The notes below the pieces were generated by a model. It made no database searches and was not told where the DNA came from. It saw nothing but the letters and a program-made list of their open reading frames with translations. The position numbers and the translations under genes were made by a program. A stretch of 64,000 nucleotides of DNA from positions 62,001 through 126,000 of the IMG/VR virus record IMGVR_UViG_3300044997_001199, one strand, 5' to 3'. Below are positions 36,917 to 46,768 of the stretch, piece after piece. Within the stretch, counting starts at the first letter, position 1, and each line of letters starts with the position of its first letter.

Positions 36917-37536
36917 AGCACGTAGACCTCGACATCGGACTTTTTGTAGTCTTGTTGATATTCAGCAGGCGGTGATGCAATGCCCAGTTCCGCACACAGT
37001 CGATGATTGTTGTTTACTGACCGAGCACTGTGATTTTTTAATGCCTGGGCCAGATCGGCATTTTGTTGATCGATTATGTGTCCCATGTTCCTGAGATTTT
37101 TATAGTATTTGTCATATCGAGGATAGGTGATATCAAATTCTCCGCAGCGCACCCACCATCCCAGGCAAGCGTCGTTGGGACGCGTCACAGCGACAATGGG
37201 CGAATGGGGCCAGGTCTTTTTGAGAAAATCGATGTGATGTGCAAACACGTGACTTTTTACGATTCTCACGCCCCGCTGATTCGAAAATGGGCGGTCAAAT
37301 TCTTTCTCACACTGGTCAGCACGGTGCTGGTCTAGATTCAAAAACCAATCTCCAAATTCCATGCCTGGATCATAATATGCACCGAGATGCATGAGTTCGC
37401 GATAACCGGTGGCATCGTGATAGTATGTGCGTTCATCGGAGTAGTCGCTGCGGTCGACATCGGGCGAATAGTAAATGTTTTTTATGACCGAGCTCCACTT
37501 GGAACCCGGAGCTCCAGCCACAAAAATGTATTTCAT
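36913..37536 (-). CDS. Sulfotransferase-like P-loop protein
   Basis: FVAGAPGSKWS, IVKSH and V.R motifs. Confidence 0.6.
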   Translation of the reverse strand: MKYIFVAGAPGSKWSSVIKNIYYSPDVDRSDYSDERTYYHDATGYRELMHLGAYYDPGMEFGDWFLNLDQHRADQCEKEFDRPFSNQRGVRIVKSHVFAHHIDFLKKTWPHSPIVAVTRPNDACLGWWVRCGEFDITYPRYDKYYKNLRNMGHIIDQQNADLAQALKNHSARSVNNNHRLCAELGIASPPAEYQQDYKKSDVEVYVL

Positions 37537-38183
37537 GACGTGGTCTTTCGTTGATCTCGCGGACGTATGCCGTTCCATACCTGCTGATCCAACCAATACT
37601 GATCAACATGAGTAACATACTTGGAATTGGGATCCTGATCTAAGAACTTAAAGATATCAGGATGATCTACGCCAATCGGGAAATCCAATATCCTGGCAAG
37701 GTATCGTAGATAGTTGTGTCGATGTGCAAACAGGGATTCGGTGCTGATAAAATGCACAGGAAATTCACTGGACAACAGGTATTGATAGTAATCCAGCGCA
37801 ATGGGAGTGGTACACTCCTTGCGAACACGCAGTTGCTGTTCGCGATTGATCGTGGCGTCGCGGCAGATAATGGCAATGGTAGTTTCCACTCCAAGCCTCA
37901 ATGAGTGCCGGGCCATTTCCAAGATTTTTGGAATATGACGAACACCATCATAATAAAACGGGCAACTCACATTGGCCAGCCAATAGTCCGGGCCGTTAAA
38001 ATGCTCCAATGAAAGCTGTTCGGGATGTATCCAGTAGTCTGCAAATGGTTCTTCGTCGCTGGGTATCCAATAGTGATCCAGTAGACTTTTCCAGCCACCT
38101 ACCTGTTCGGCAGTGCTGAAAATCCTGCTGAACAAGTGGTTACCGCTGCCCTGTGGCCCGGTCACGATCAATAATTTTTTCAT
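37533..38183 (-). CDS. Sulfotransferase-like P-loop protein
   Basis: TGPQGSGNHLFS, I.RD and S.E; paralog of the next gene. Confidence 0.6.
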   Translation of the reverse strand: MKKLLIVTGPQGSGNHLFSRIFSTAEQVGGWKSLLDHYWIPSDEEPFADYWIHPEQLSLEHFNGPDYWLANVSCPFYYDGVRHIPKILEMARHSLRLGVETTIAIICRDATINREQQLRVRKECTTPIALDYYQYLLSSEFPVHFISTESLFAHRHNYLRYLARILDFPIGVDHPDIFKFLDQDPNSKYVTHVDQYWLDQQVWNGIRPRDQRKTTS

Positions 38184-38824
38184 GGTTTTTCTTTGAAAAC
38201 TAGGCCCAGTTGATTGCCTTGATCCAGCACACAGGGTCCCACTTCGTGTATATACTTAGCGTTGGCATCGTCTTGCAAAATCTTCTCTAATCGATCATCC
38301 GCCCAGGCCACTGGAATGTTCACGGCCAGCTGCTTGAGATAGCGGTGTCGATAGAGATACAACAGTTCGTAACTCAAAAACACGATGTCGCTGAACGAGT
38401 CAAGTTGGTCCAACAAAAGGTCCACAGTGGAACGAGTGCGTATCCTTGTCTGCTGATAGCGCAAAATGTTTTGATCACGGCCTATCACTGCGATTGCTGT
38501 GGAGACGCCCTGACACTGTACCGCAGCAACAAAATCTTTCACATCAGGCACCCACAATGGATTTAGATCACTGCCGGGTATGCCCAGCGGGACACTGATA
38601 CTGGTAAAATAATAATCGCTCTGAGACCAGTCAAATGAGTCTAGGCCAGCAGTGTCTCTCCAGCACGATGCAAACGGTTCGGCAAATCTGTGGGCTTCCC
38701 AGTAGTTTTCCAACAGTGTTTTCCAACCAAAAACCTCTGGGTGCAGGCTGAATACCTTGCTCCACAAATGATTGCCAGCTCCTTGCGGACCAGTCAATAT
38801 CAACATCTGTTTGGTGATGTTCAT
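38180..38824 (-). CDS. Sulfotransferase-like P-loop protein
   Basis: TGPQGAGNHLWS, GRD.NI, SYE and DANAKY. Confidence 0.6.
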   Translation of the reverse strand: MNITKQMLILTGPQGAGNHLWSKVFSLHPEVFGWKTLLENYWEAHRFAEPFASCWRDTAGLDSFDWSQSDYYFTSISVPLGIPGSDLNPLWVPDVKDFVAAVQCQGVSTAIAVIGRDQNILRYQQTRIRTRSTVDLLLDQLDSFSDIVFLSYELLYLYRHRYLKQLAVNIPVAWADDRLEKILQDDANAKYIHEVGPCVLDQGNQLGLVFKEKP

Positions 38825-39369
38825 ATTTTAATTAGTTGCTGTATTTCCGAAGGTAAAAAAGGATCTTGCATTCTTTCAGGATGCCACACGATTCCGGCCA
38901 TGGCACCGTCGATCCAGGCCTCGCAGTGTCCCTGTGGATCCCGGGCCAGACAATGTGCCGACGAGTGCAGAGTCACAATGGCTTGATTGTGGTAGCTGTT
39001 GACTTTTATATCAAGCCCTAGATAGTTGATTGAGTGTTCACAGTCCAGGTGCCCGTCGCAAGACTCGACCTGTCCGCCCAGCACATCGGTCAACATAAAC
39101 GCTCCGTGGCATATTCCCAGTATGGGCTTGCATTGTTGCATCATCAGCGAGGCAACACGAAACTCCACAGAGCGGCGGATTGCACTGTCATCGCCGCCAG
39201 TGATAATCAAGGCATCGACACTATCGGTCAACGCTTCAAAATCTTGTTCGAGTGTGTTGGGTATAAAAACGAACCTATGACCCTTGAGGAACTTGTACCA
39301 GACCTGTTCCAGAGAATCATAGGCTCGTCCGCGATGATAGAGAACCCGTTGAGTGATCCCTATCTTCAA
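38821..39369 (-). CDS. Class I glutamine amidotransferase / peptidase C26
   Basis: ITGG, GICHG, NSYH and WHPE triad; probable TTG start at 39369. Confidence 0.85.
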   Translation of the reverse strand: MKIGITQRVLYHRGRAYDSLEQVWYKFLKGHRFVFIPNTLEQDFEALTDSVDALIITGGDDSAIRRSVEFRVASLMMQQCKPILGICHGAFMLTDVLGGQVESCDGHLDCEHSINYLGLDIKVNSYHNQAIVTLHSSAHCLARDPQGHCEAWIDGAMAGIVWHPERMQDPFLPSEIQQLIKI

Positions 39370-39370
39370 T

Positions 39371-40069
39371 TCACCAGCCGTATGCGTTGGCGACCAAATC
39401 ACGGCCTGCAGTAGCAGCAGTGGTATTGCGGCAAGAAATCTCATAGAGATCACGACGCATTGCAGCTACCAGTTGCGAAATACGATCTTGCACTGCCGGA
39501 TCGTTGGTCAGTTCGGCCAGACGACGCGCACCGATTTTGGCATGGAAGCCTTCGTCACGGGCGATCTTGGCATAGTGACTAGCGATGAACTGATCTTCGA
39601 TGCAGCGAGCCATTTCGTCCCATACTGCTTCGGCACGACCTTCGGCTACCAGTTGATACGCAGCCAGAGCGGCTTCGTCATTTTGTGCATCGTACTTTTC
39701 CAGCAGCGAAGCACCCTTGGCAGTGGGGTTGGCAGTTTCAGCAGCGATTGCGGCTTCAACATCAACCGGTGCGCCAGTGATGTGTTCGATCACTTCCTTG
39801 ACCATGCGGAAGTGACGAGCTTCGTCCTGTGCTTGCTTGGTCAGAAGTTCCAGTTCAACTGGATCGGTATCAGCAGGCAATTCGGCGATGGCACGGCTGA
39901 TTTCTACCATGTTCATGCGCTCGTTGACCATACGACCAATGAAGTGTTCGACCAATTCTTCTTGAGCAGGCTGGCTCTCAAAGTATGCACGAACATTGTG
40001 TTGACTGGCTTGAAAAAGTGCTTGATTGTCTTGAACAATCTTTTCCACAAACTGTTTTCCTGTAAGCAT
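39371..40069 (-). CDS. Ferritin-like diiron protein
   Basis: E...DEARH...E...DEGFH, i.e. two ExxH motifs; GGAG RBS. Confidence 0.8.
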   Translation of the reverse strand: MLTGKQFVEKIVQDNQALFQASQHNVRAYFESQPAQEELVEHFIGRMVNERMNMVEISRAIAELPADTDPVELELLTKQAQDEARHFRMVKEVIEHITGAPVDVEAAIAAETANPTAKGASLLEKYDAQNDEAALAAYQLVAEGRAEAVWDEMARCIEDQFIASHYAKIARDEGFHAKIGARRLAELTNDPAVQDRISQLVAAMRRDLYEISCRNTTAATAGRDLVANAYGW

Positions 40070-40162
40070 TACAATCTCCTTGATATATAATTATGAAAAA
40101 CAGCAAATATCAAAAAATTTTGATTCTTTGCTAGATTTATTTATCAAACTGGAAAAAATATC

Positions 40163-40900
40163 GTGAATACAAAAATTTTTAAGTTGATATCTGAACAATT
40201 AAATCAGAGCTTTGGATTGGCAAGATATCAGGGATTGGTTGATCGCATCAATGAACACACCGTGATTGATGATTTGCCCTGGACTCCGGCAAGATACAGA
40301 AAATTCAAACAATGCATCGAAACAGAACTAGACTTGACCTCCACATTCTCAGGTTCGATCAAAGACACTGTGGATGATTTTGATCAGCGATATTCTGCCA
40401 GGTTCTTTGGCCAGATGTGGAAACCGAGAACCGACGAGTATTTTTACACGGGTTGGAATCTAGTTGAGGAAATCAATCGGCAGGATCCCCAATCAGTGTT
40501 AGATGTTGGTTGCGGTTATCATCCGTTCAAGGGACGTATACGAAATCTAATTGGTATTGATCCCTATAACAATTGTGCAGATTACATGATAGATATATTG
40601 GATTATCGGGTCCCCGACGGAACACACGATCATATCATTGCACTGGGGTCGATCAATTTCAACTCAAAACAAGACATAGAATTGAGATTCGCCCAGTGTG
40701 TTAGATTGTTATCTCCCGGCGGCCGGCTATACATGCGTTGCAATCCGGGCATTGCCTGGTCTGCAGGACCGTATGTTGACATTTTTCCTTGGAGTTTTGA
40801 AACTGCGTACGAACTGTCCACGAAATATCAGCTGACTCTGTCGGCTATCAAGAAAGACTATGATCGACTAGCAATATTTTTTAGCAAATCTTTTACTTGA
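40163..40900 (+). CDS. Class I methyltransferase with N-terminal ACP-like helical domain
   Basis: VLDVGCG, GIDP, ALGSINF and L.PGG. Confidence 0.78.
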   Translation: MNTKIFKLISEQLNQSFGLARYQGLVDRINEHTVIDDLPWTPARYRKFKQCIETELDLTSTFSGSIKDTVDDFDQRYSARFFGQMWKPRTDEYFYTGWNLVEEINRQDPQSVLDVGCGYHPFKGRIRNLIGIDPYNNCADYMIDILDYRVPDGTHDHIIALGSINFNSKQDIELRFAQCVRLLSPGGRLYMRCNPGIAWSAGPYVDIFPWSFETAYELSTKYQLTLSAIKKDYDRLAIFFSKSFT

Positions 40901-41499
40901 TTGATCCAATGATCGGCTGCAGCATGATGTGCTGTATCCATTGGATGATTACGTTCGGTAATCAAAAACTGTTTTTTCTTGCTCCATTCCAAAAAGTTAT
41001 CCCCATCGAAGTTACGCAAGTGTGGGGAAATTTTTGATTGCAAATATCTAATAGCGTGACTATTGTCGCTGGGGCGTTGCTCAAACAACAAATGATCCAT
41101 ATATGTCATTAGGAATGGAATTTTTTGATCCTGTAAATACTCGATTGCAGTGCTCACCCAGATCAAAGAATTGAGTTTATCCTGCCAGTCGGATTGTAAA
41201 TGTTTGTAATAAATTTCATTGAGTGGTATCGTTTCCCCGGGACGAATGGTTTTCCAGCGATGATTGCCGGGGTTTAAATCAACCCGATCGGCAAATGTCC
41301 AATTGACTATTACGATAGTATCGCTGTTTCTGGCATGATGCAGCACTCGGTGACAGATTCTTAAATTTCCCACGCCTCCGCGGGCATGATTGTCATGCCC
41401 GAGACCCAGGCGTTGAGCAATGATTGCCGGCCAAGTCTGTGTGGGATCACTTAGTTCGTCGCCGGCAAGAAAACTACAGCCGAAACTTTGTATTTTCAT
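40858..41499 (-). CDS. SGNH-hydrolase-like protein
   Basis: FGCSF..G, GVGN, WT..DR and HP...AH. Confidence 0.7.
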   Translation of the reverse strand: MKIQSFGCSFLAGDELSDPTQTWPAIIAQRLGLGHDNHARGGVGNLRICHRVLHHARNSDTIVIVNWTFADRVDLNPGNHRWKTIRPGETIPLNEIYYKHLQSDWQDKLNSLIWVSTAIEYLQDQKIPFLMTYMDHLLFEQRPSDNSHAIRYLQSKISPHLRNFDGDNFLEWSKKKQFLITERNHPMDTAHHAAADHWINQVKDLLKNIASRS

Positions 41500-41643
41500 T
41501 GATCATGCACCGGGCTGATTGTTTTCGCTAGCTGTTGTAAATGCTCCAGAAAAACTAGACCGCAATCTCTGTACCTTAGATGCCACATCATAGCCTCCAC
41601 GAACAAATTCTGAGCTTTGCTCTTGTATGGCCTCAGTGTTGTA

Positions 41644-42051
41644 TCAATCAGTTATGGGGCCGCCTTCGACCCAGGCTATGCATGTTCTCTTGGCAGCACA
41701 TTTGAATTTCAAAAACTTACAGTACCCCAGAGTACCAGCATCAATGGTATCGTGCGGATCGGATCCGGCCTCGGATCCGATACCTTGAGCAATACAATCT
41801 TGTATTTTTTCAGTGATGTCAAACGCTGCACAGTTACCGCACCGTGCAGATTTGGCATCATCGAGATCGGACATGTTCCATTCGTCGGCGATCCGGGTCC
41901 AGTATTCTTCATTGGGCTCGTTGGGATTCAATGGACCGTAGTTATACTCATCTATGGCCTTTTTGCGGTTGCGGAGATTGAGATCAATGCTCTGCGTGGC
42001 TGGGGGACAGCCACGCTCTATTGCCTCGAGCAAGTTGATTATGTCACGCAT
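41644..42051 (-). CDS. Cys-rich protein with HiPIP-like Cys spacing
   Basis: RCGNCAAF...GYC....FKC...RTC.AW; probable start MRDIINLLE. Confidence 0.5.
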   Translation of the reverse strand: MRDIINLLEAIERGCPPATQSIDLNLRNRKKAIDEYNYGPLNPNEPNEEYWTRIADEWNMSDLDDAKSARCGNCAAFDITEKIQDCIAQGIGSEAGSDPHDTIDAGTLGYCKFLKFKCAAKRTCIAWVEGGPITD

Positions 42052-42162
42052 CGTCGAATCAGGCCTTGAGCCGCTGTTCCAATTCGTACAATGCAACCTG
42101 GAAATTTGGTGCTTCGATCACGATGGTACGGTCGGGATTTCTCACGTTGAATGTGTAGGACT

Positions 42163-42744
42163 TCATGATGTTTCTCCTTTGTAAAAATCAATACCTGCTG
42201 CATCCTGCAGGTCGCGTATGTCTGGCTTCACACAATGGATACGCTTTGTGGGGAGACCAGCTGCCTCGCGCCACTCGTTGAGATCGGTTTCTCGTTCTCG
42301 ACGATAAGCGTCCGGAGTCAGTGGTACGATTTCCGAAAATACCTGTTCGCTCCAGGGCATGTAACGGCCATCGTAGTGCATGACCCAGTCTTTGAGTTCA
42401 AACTCGGTCAGGGTAGATAGATCATCCAGCAGTTCGTTGATCAGTCGCGGTGCAGCACTGCGGCGCCGCAGTTCCACATACACGAGATAACGATTGGGTT
42501 TGAGTTCGCCTGGACTGCAATCTGCATCCACTACAAAATCATAGCCCTTTTCAAACCATGACATCAAGTCTCGGGCAGCCCGTTTGCTGCGAACAAAAAA
42601 GCTGATCACAATGATATCCTCGTCGTCGCCCATCTTGGAACTGAATTCGTCCACGTGGATGGAGGGCTTTATCATGCCTTCGAGGTCGCGGAATTCCAGA
42701 CCTTCAGAAAGCCGGCGCGATCGATTGTAGTTGCTGTTGTGCAT
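42163..42744 (-). CDS. Conserved-type hypothetical (possibly head morphogenesis) protein
   Basis: LSEGL...DEF.SKMG.D; tandem with the upstream gene. Confidence 0.6.
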   Translation of the reverse strand: MHNSNYNRSRRLSEGLEFRDLEGMIKPSIHVDEFSSKMGDDEDIIVISFFVRSKRAARDLMSWFEKGYDFVVDADCSPGELKPNRYLVYVELRRRSAAPRLINELLDDLSTLTEFELKDWVMHYDGRYMPWSEQVFSEIVPLTPDAYRRERETDLNEWREAAGLPTKRIHCVKPDIRDLQDAAGIDFYKGETS

Positions 42745-42745
42745 T

Positions 42746-43279
42746 TTATGCTTGCTTGTCTCTCTGATATTCTTCTTGATCCAGATCCATTTCATAGGCC
42801 CGGTCTAGATCTTCGAGATCGATTTCTTCATCTTCCATTTCCACAGAACCAGTGCGGATGTCACTCATCAGGGCCTTGGGTATGATGATCTCTACCAGCC
42901 ATACCGGACGTTCCACTAGCCTGGCCTTCTTGGTTCCGGGGATGAAATCGTTGGGGTTAGTGATACGTATGGGTATCGTGATCTTGGTTTTTCTGTACAA
43001 GACCCGTATGTCAAATGGCAGCAGACGCCGTGCGCCGCGCGGATCAGGCATGAGATGTTCGGGCCAGAGAAATGTACAGGCCACGCGATATCTACCAATG
43101 TCTGGACCTTCTACTAACTCGCCTATGTCCCAGTTGCGGAATGCATAGAGGTCCAGTTCGTCTAACACACGTTCGAAATCCAGCAGGGTAGTGAGACTGC
43201 CATTGGACATATAGATGTCACGGATGTTGTCGGCTACCTGCCAATAGTTTTTGTGATTTTTAAATGTGTCGCGATCCAT
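42746..43279 (-). CDS. Conserved-type hypothetical protein
   Basis: DFERVLD..DLYAF.NW..GELV.GP...MPDP; TAAATA at 43285-43290. Confidence 0.65.
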   Translation of the reverse strand: MDRDTFKNHKNYWQVADNIRDIYMSNGSLTTLLDFERVLDELDLYAFRNWDIGELVEGPDIGRYRVACTFLWPEHLMPDPRGARRLLPFDIRVLYRKTKITIPIRITNPNDFIPGTKKARLVERPVWLVEIIIPKALMSDIRTGSVEMEDEEIDLEDLDRAYEMDLDQEEYQRDKQA

Positions 43280-43437
43280 GACAGTATTTATGGGTTGCGA
43301 CAATTCCTGGGGTTTTTGGTCTAAAACCTGCCGAGCGAAATATTTAGTCGAGATCTTGACTGAAAACTGTGCCTATTAAATTCGTGGCAGTGTCTCTTTA
43401 AATACCTGCGTTGTACCATCCCAAAAGGAGAATAGTC

Positions 43438-44175
43438 TTGAGCCGCAATCGAGCAGCAAAAACACAAAAACGCATGAATACCTCAGTTCTAGAAAACACT
43501 ATCAATTTCAACCAAGCACCCCGCAATCAAACACGGAAAATCGATCTGGTGCCACGCTCGCGCAGCCAAGAACGATTGGTGTTGGCCCTACAGGACGCAC
43601 AGGTTCCGATCGTGGTCGCAGTGGGACCAGCTGGAACAGGTAAAACCTATCTGGCCATGCAGGCCGCAGTCAAGGCCCTGCGAGAGGGCGAATGTGAACG
43701 TATTGTCATAACCAGACCTGCCGTGGGCGTGGAGGACGAGCGTCATGGATTTTTGCCCGGAAATCTCACAGCCAAGATGGAGCCCTGGACTCGGCCGTTG
43801 CTGGATGTAGCACGCGAGTACTATCGTACTCAGGACCTGGTAAGCATGATAGAAAATCAGATTATCGAAATCGCACCTCTGGCATTCATGAGAGGTCGCA
43901 CGTTCAAGGATTCCTGGATCATAGCAGACGAAATGCAAAATGCCACCCCGGGGCAGGTAAAAATGTTGATGACACGCATTGGCTCTCACAGTCGCGTAGT
44001 CATAACCGGAGATGTCGAGCAGGCCGATCGTCAGGGCAAAGACAATGGATTGTTGGATCTGTGTCAGAAATTGCAGGCCAATCCGGTGTCAGGGATCGCA
44101 GTGTGCGAACTTGGTGCACGTGATGTGCAACGCCATCCTATCATCGGATCGATATTGCAACTCTACAATGTCTAG
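43438..44175 (+). CDS. phoH: PhoH-family ATPase
   Basis: GPAGTGKT, GFLPG, MRGRTF, DEMQN and GD..Q.D; AGGAG RBS before TTG at 43438. Confidence 0.92.
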   Translation: MSRNRAAKTQKRMNTSVLENTINFNQAPRNQTRKIDLVPRSRSQERLVLALQDAQVPIVVAVGPAGTGKTYLAMQAAVKALREGECERIVITRPAVGVEDERHGFLPGNLTAKMEPWTRPLLDVAREYYRTQDLVSMIENQIIEIAPLAFMRGRTFKDSWIIADEMQNATPGQVKMLMTRIGSHSRVVITGDVEQADRQGKDNGLLDLCQKLQANPVSGIAVCELGARDVQRHPIIGSILQLYNV

Positions 44176-44786
44176 CCTGTGATGGTTTGATAAATGTCCT
44201 GCCAGTCACGAGCTCGGACGATCAGGGCATGATTGTAACTGACATTATGATCATGCTCTAGCAGTATTGATTTCAGCCCGATCCTGGTGCCTGCCAGGGC
44301 ATTTTCCGGTTTGTCCTCCACCCACCATAGACCACTGTCTCGGTAAGGTTTCAGTGCCTCATCCTTGTTGCTACCGGTTTCCAGGCACAGTATGCTATCA
44401 AAAACATCACCAAAGTGATTTTGGAGATTCTGTTTTCTCAACTGCACTGCATAGGGATCCTCACTGAGGCTGGTAATCACAGTGAATCGATAGCCGTGTT
44501 GTTGGTTGAGCCGTTTGACCCATGGCACTGCATCGCGAAACGGGGTTAGAAAACCAATGGCAGCTGATTCGTTGAACAATTTGGTATATTTTTTTGCCTG
44601 TGATTCCGGAATATCAAATTGGTCATGTATACAATAGTATCCCTGTGCGCCTGGCTGCTGCTGTAGTCCGCGAGCCGCCATCCACTGCTGGAAGGTTTCC
44701 GTCCAATCCAGCAACACTCCGTCGCAGTCAACCAGGATTGTTTTGTGATTCACCAATGATCTCGATTTGATAGCCATTGATTTCAA
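44172..44786 (-). CDS. HAD-family nucleotidase-like protein (start probably GTG at 44753)
   Basis: DCDGVL, ITS and VEDK motifs. Confidence 0.8.
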   Translation of the reverse strand: MKSMAIKSRSLVNHKTILVDCDGVLLDWTETFQQWMAARGLQQQPGAQGYYCIHDQFDIPESQAKKYTKLFNESAAIGFLTPFRDAVPWVKRLNQQHGYRFTVITSLSEDPYAVQLRKQNLQNHFGDVFDSILCLETGSNKDEALKPYRDSGLWWVEDKPENALAGTRIGLKSILLEHDHNVSYNHALIVRARDWQDIYQTITG

Positions 44787-45018
44787 ACATCTGTTGGATC
44801 AGCGAACTATAATGTTTGTGATAGTATTCAACGATGTTCCCAAAGTTCAGCGGTATGTTGTGTCCTTCGAGCCTGGCCTTGATTACCTCGAGGTTTTTAA
44901 AGTCCAATATCACGCTGGCCATGGTATAATCTCGTAACTTGAGACTGCGACGAGGTGAGACCCGCTCGTCGAGCTGTCCATTGGGCTTACGAAAGTATGT
45001 GACCGTGAGGTATCTCAT
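44728..45018 (-). CDS. Hypothetical protein
   Basis: ATGA-coupled to the clamp loader. Confidence 0.65.
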   Translation of the reverse strand: MRYLTVTYFRKPNGQLDERVSPRRSLKLRDYTMASVILDFKNLEVIKARLEGHNIPLNFGNIVEYYHKHYSSLIQQMFEINGYQIEIIGESQNNPG

Positions 45019-45938
45019 TGTATCTGACTCAGTTCGATCAATGTGGCCGAAAGATTGATTTCGGTATCGGCCACAGCATTGTGACTGACCAGCCCGTTGC
45101 GTATGATCACGATGGCCTGATCCTGTTGCTCGTCGGTGGTTCCCCAGAGATCAAGGTTGTCATACATCCAGCGAAAGATATCCTCGGTCTCCTCGGGAGT
45201 GCTCTGCTGACAGATCAAGGTACGTGCAGCACGTATCTGACCGGATTTGAACAGTTGCACACAGTCCAGCTTCCAATCTCTGCTGCCAGCATCGGCGCTT
45301 GACGCCGTGGACAATTTGCCCGACTGGCTGTGTAACTGAACGAGATTCAAACATTTTCGTAGATCTGGATAGGTAGCACGAACATAGTTGTCTAGGGTGT
45401 CAAGATCAAAGTCCACGTCTTCGCTGACCAAGACCGTGGCCACTCGCGCAGTAAATTCGGCCTGATCGGTCTTGGCGATGGTCAGGTGCTGGCATCGACT
45501 GTGCAACGGTGGGATGATCTTGTTGGGCCAGTTACAGGTCAACACGAATCTCACAGATGCGCTGTAGTCCTCCATGAGATTGCGCAGAGAAGGCTGTACT
45601 GATTCGCGATTCATGTAATCTGCTTCGTCGATCAAGACCACCTTGAACGTGCCAAAGGGCATGGTCTGGCAGAATGAAATCAAGCGATCTACCCATTCGA
45701 TCTTGCGCCCTTCCTTGGAACCGTTGACGTAGAGAACGTCATACTCGTCCACCCTCAGTTCGTTGATCAAGACCTTGGCCAGGGTAGTTTTACCGGTTCC
45801 TGGACTGCCCGACAGCAAGAGATGGGGAATGGTCTTGGATCGGATCCAGGCAGTGACCTGTTCGCGCTGTGCGTCGTCTACAAAAACATAGTGTTCGACA
45901 TCACACGGTCTGTATTTTTCGGTCCAGAGATCTTTCAT
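45015..45938 (-). CDS. Clamp loader AAA+ subunit (RFC-small/gp44-like)
   Basis: WTEKYRP, GSPGTGKT, DEAD and SRC. Confidence 0.92.
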   Translation of the reverse strand: MKDLWTEKYRPCDVEHYVFVDDAQREQVTAWIRSKTIPHLLLSGSPGTGKTTLAKVLINELRVDEYDVLYVNGSKEGRKIEWVDRLISFCQTMPFGTFKVVLIDEADYMNRESVQPSLRNLMEDYSASVRFVLTCNWPNKIIPPLHSRCQHLTIAKTDQAEFTARVATVLVSEDVDFDLDTLDNYVRATYPDLRKCLNLVQLHSQSGKLSTASSADAGSRDWKLDCVQLFKSGQIRAARTLICQQSTPEETEDIFRWMYDNLDLWGTTDEQQDQAIVIIRNGLVSHNAVADTEINLSATLIELSQIQ

Positions 45939-45943
45939 GGAGT

Positions 45944-46117
45944 TTATGTCCGGCGTTGAAAAAATTTTTTGATGATCAGCAGCCGACGATCAAAACTGGT
46001 CATGGGCGGACGATGAGGACAGCGACCTTGATCCCAGTCACAGTCCGGTGCAACGGATTTTCTGCACACTGCGCATTTTACTTTGTTGATTTTGGGCAGC
46101 ACAATCTGATTTTTCAA
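45944..46117 (-). CDS. 57-aa putative zinc-binding protein
   Basis: Manual translation MKNQIVLPKINKVKCAVCRKSVAPDCDWDQGRCPHRP. Confidence 0.5.
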   Translation of the reverse strand: MKNQIVLPKINKVKCAVCRKSVAPDCDWDQGRCPHRPPMTSFDRRLLIIKKFFQRRT

Positions 46118-46157
46118 GACGTTCTCTCGTGTGTGATTGTTTGATAATAATGTATAC

Positions 46158-46544
46158 CTAGCGTGATTTTGATTCTACATGCAGTGCGTCACTGTGACTG
46201 TCGTCCTGTGGACGACAGTCACTGACCAACAGTATGTCACTGGGATCAACTTTTCTCACAGTTTTTTTGCCCTGGGCATCTTCGATTTCAAGACCGCGAG
46301 TCCAGCGACCGTGTGCCACACAGATCCATTGTCCCGGCGACACATCTTGCTGTTCGGGTCCCACGGCAGTGACCTGTCCCCAACGCGGGCGGATACCAGT
46401 GCCTTTGCCGTTATCATTCAACAACACAATACCACCCTGGGTAAATCTTTCGTCAAACTGCATGTCGTGTACTAGCACCCAATCATGCAAGGTACGCAGT
46501 TGGACAACGGACTGTGGTGCAAAAGCTGATTTATTCATGATCAC
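46158..46544 (-). CDS. GroES-like co-chaperonin
   Basis: L.D.VLV, T.GGIVL mobile loop, G.V.AVGP and DIL. Confidence 0.8.
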   Translation of the reverse strand: MIMNKSAFAPQSVVQLRTLHDWVLVHDMQFDERFTQGGIVLLNDNGKGTGIRPRWGQVTAVGPEQQDVSPGQWICVAHGRWTRGLEIEDAQGKKTVRKVDPSDILLVSDCRPQDDSHSDALHVESKSR

Positions 46545-46746
46545 CGGAATCTTTAGAAATTTCTCGATTGTACTGTCGATTTACCTGTTGAGGCTTGTTG
46601 CTGATAACGCGATTGTTGTGGTCGATGAGATCGCCCTTGGCATTCACATTCATGTTGCCTACTGCTCGCACGTTTTCATTCTGCAGAATCAGCCGACCCA
46701 TGTCGATTTCTTTTCCCTGTGCTGTGCGATAAACATTTTTGGTCAT
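46531..46746 (-). CDS. Small hypothetical protein
   Basis: YRTAQGK..DM...AVGNM.VNA.GD; AGGAG RBS. Confidence 0.7.
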   Translation of the reverse strand: MTKNVYRTAQGKEIDMGRLILQNENVRAVGNMNVNAKGDLIDHNNRVISNKPQQVNRQYNREISKDSGDHE

Positions 46747-46768
46747 GGTACTCTCCTAAAAAAATTAT

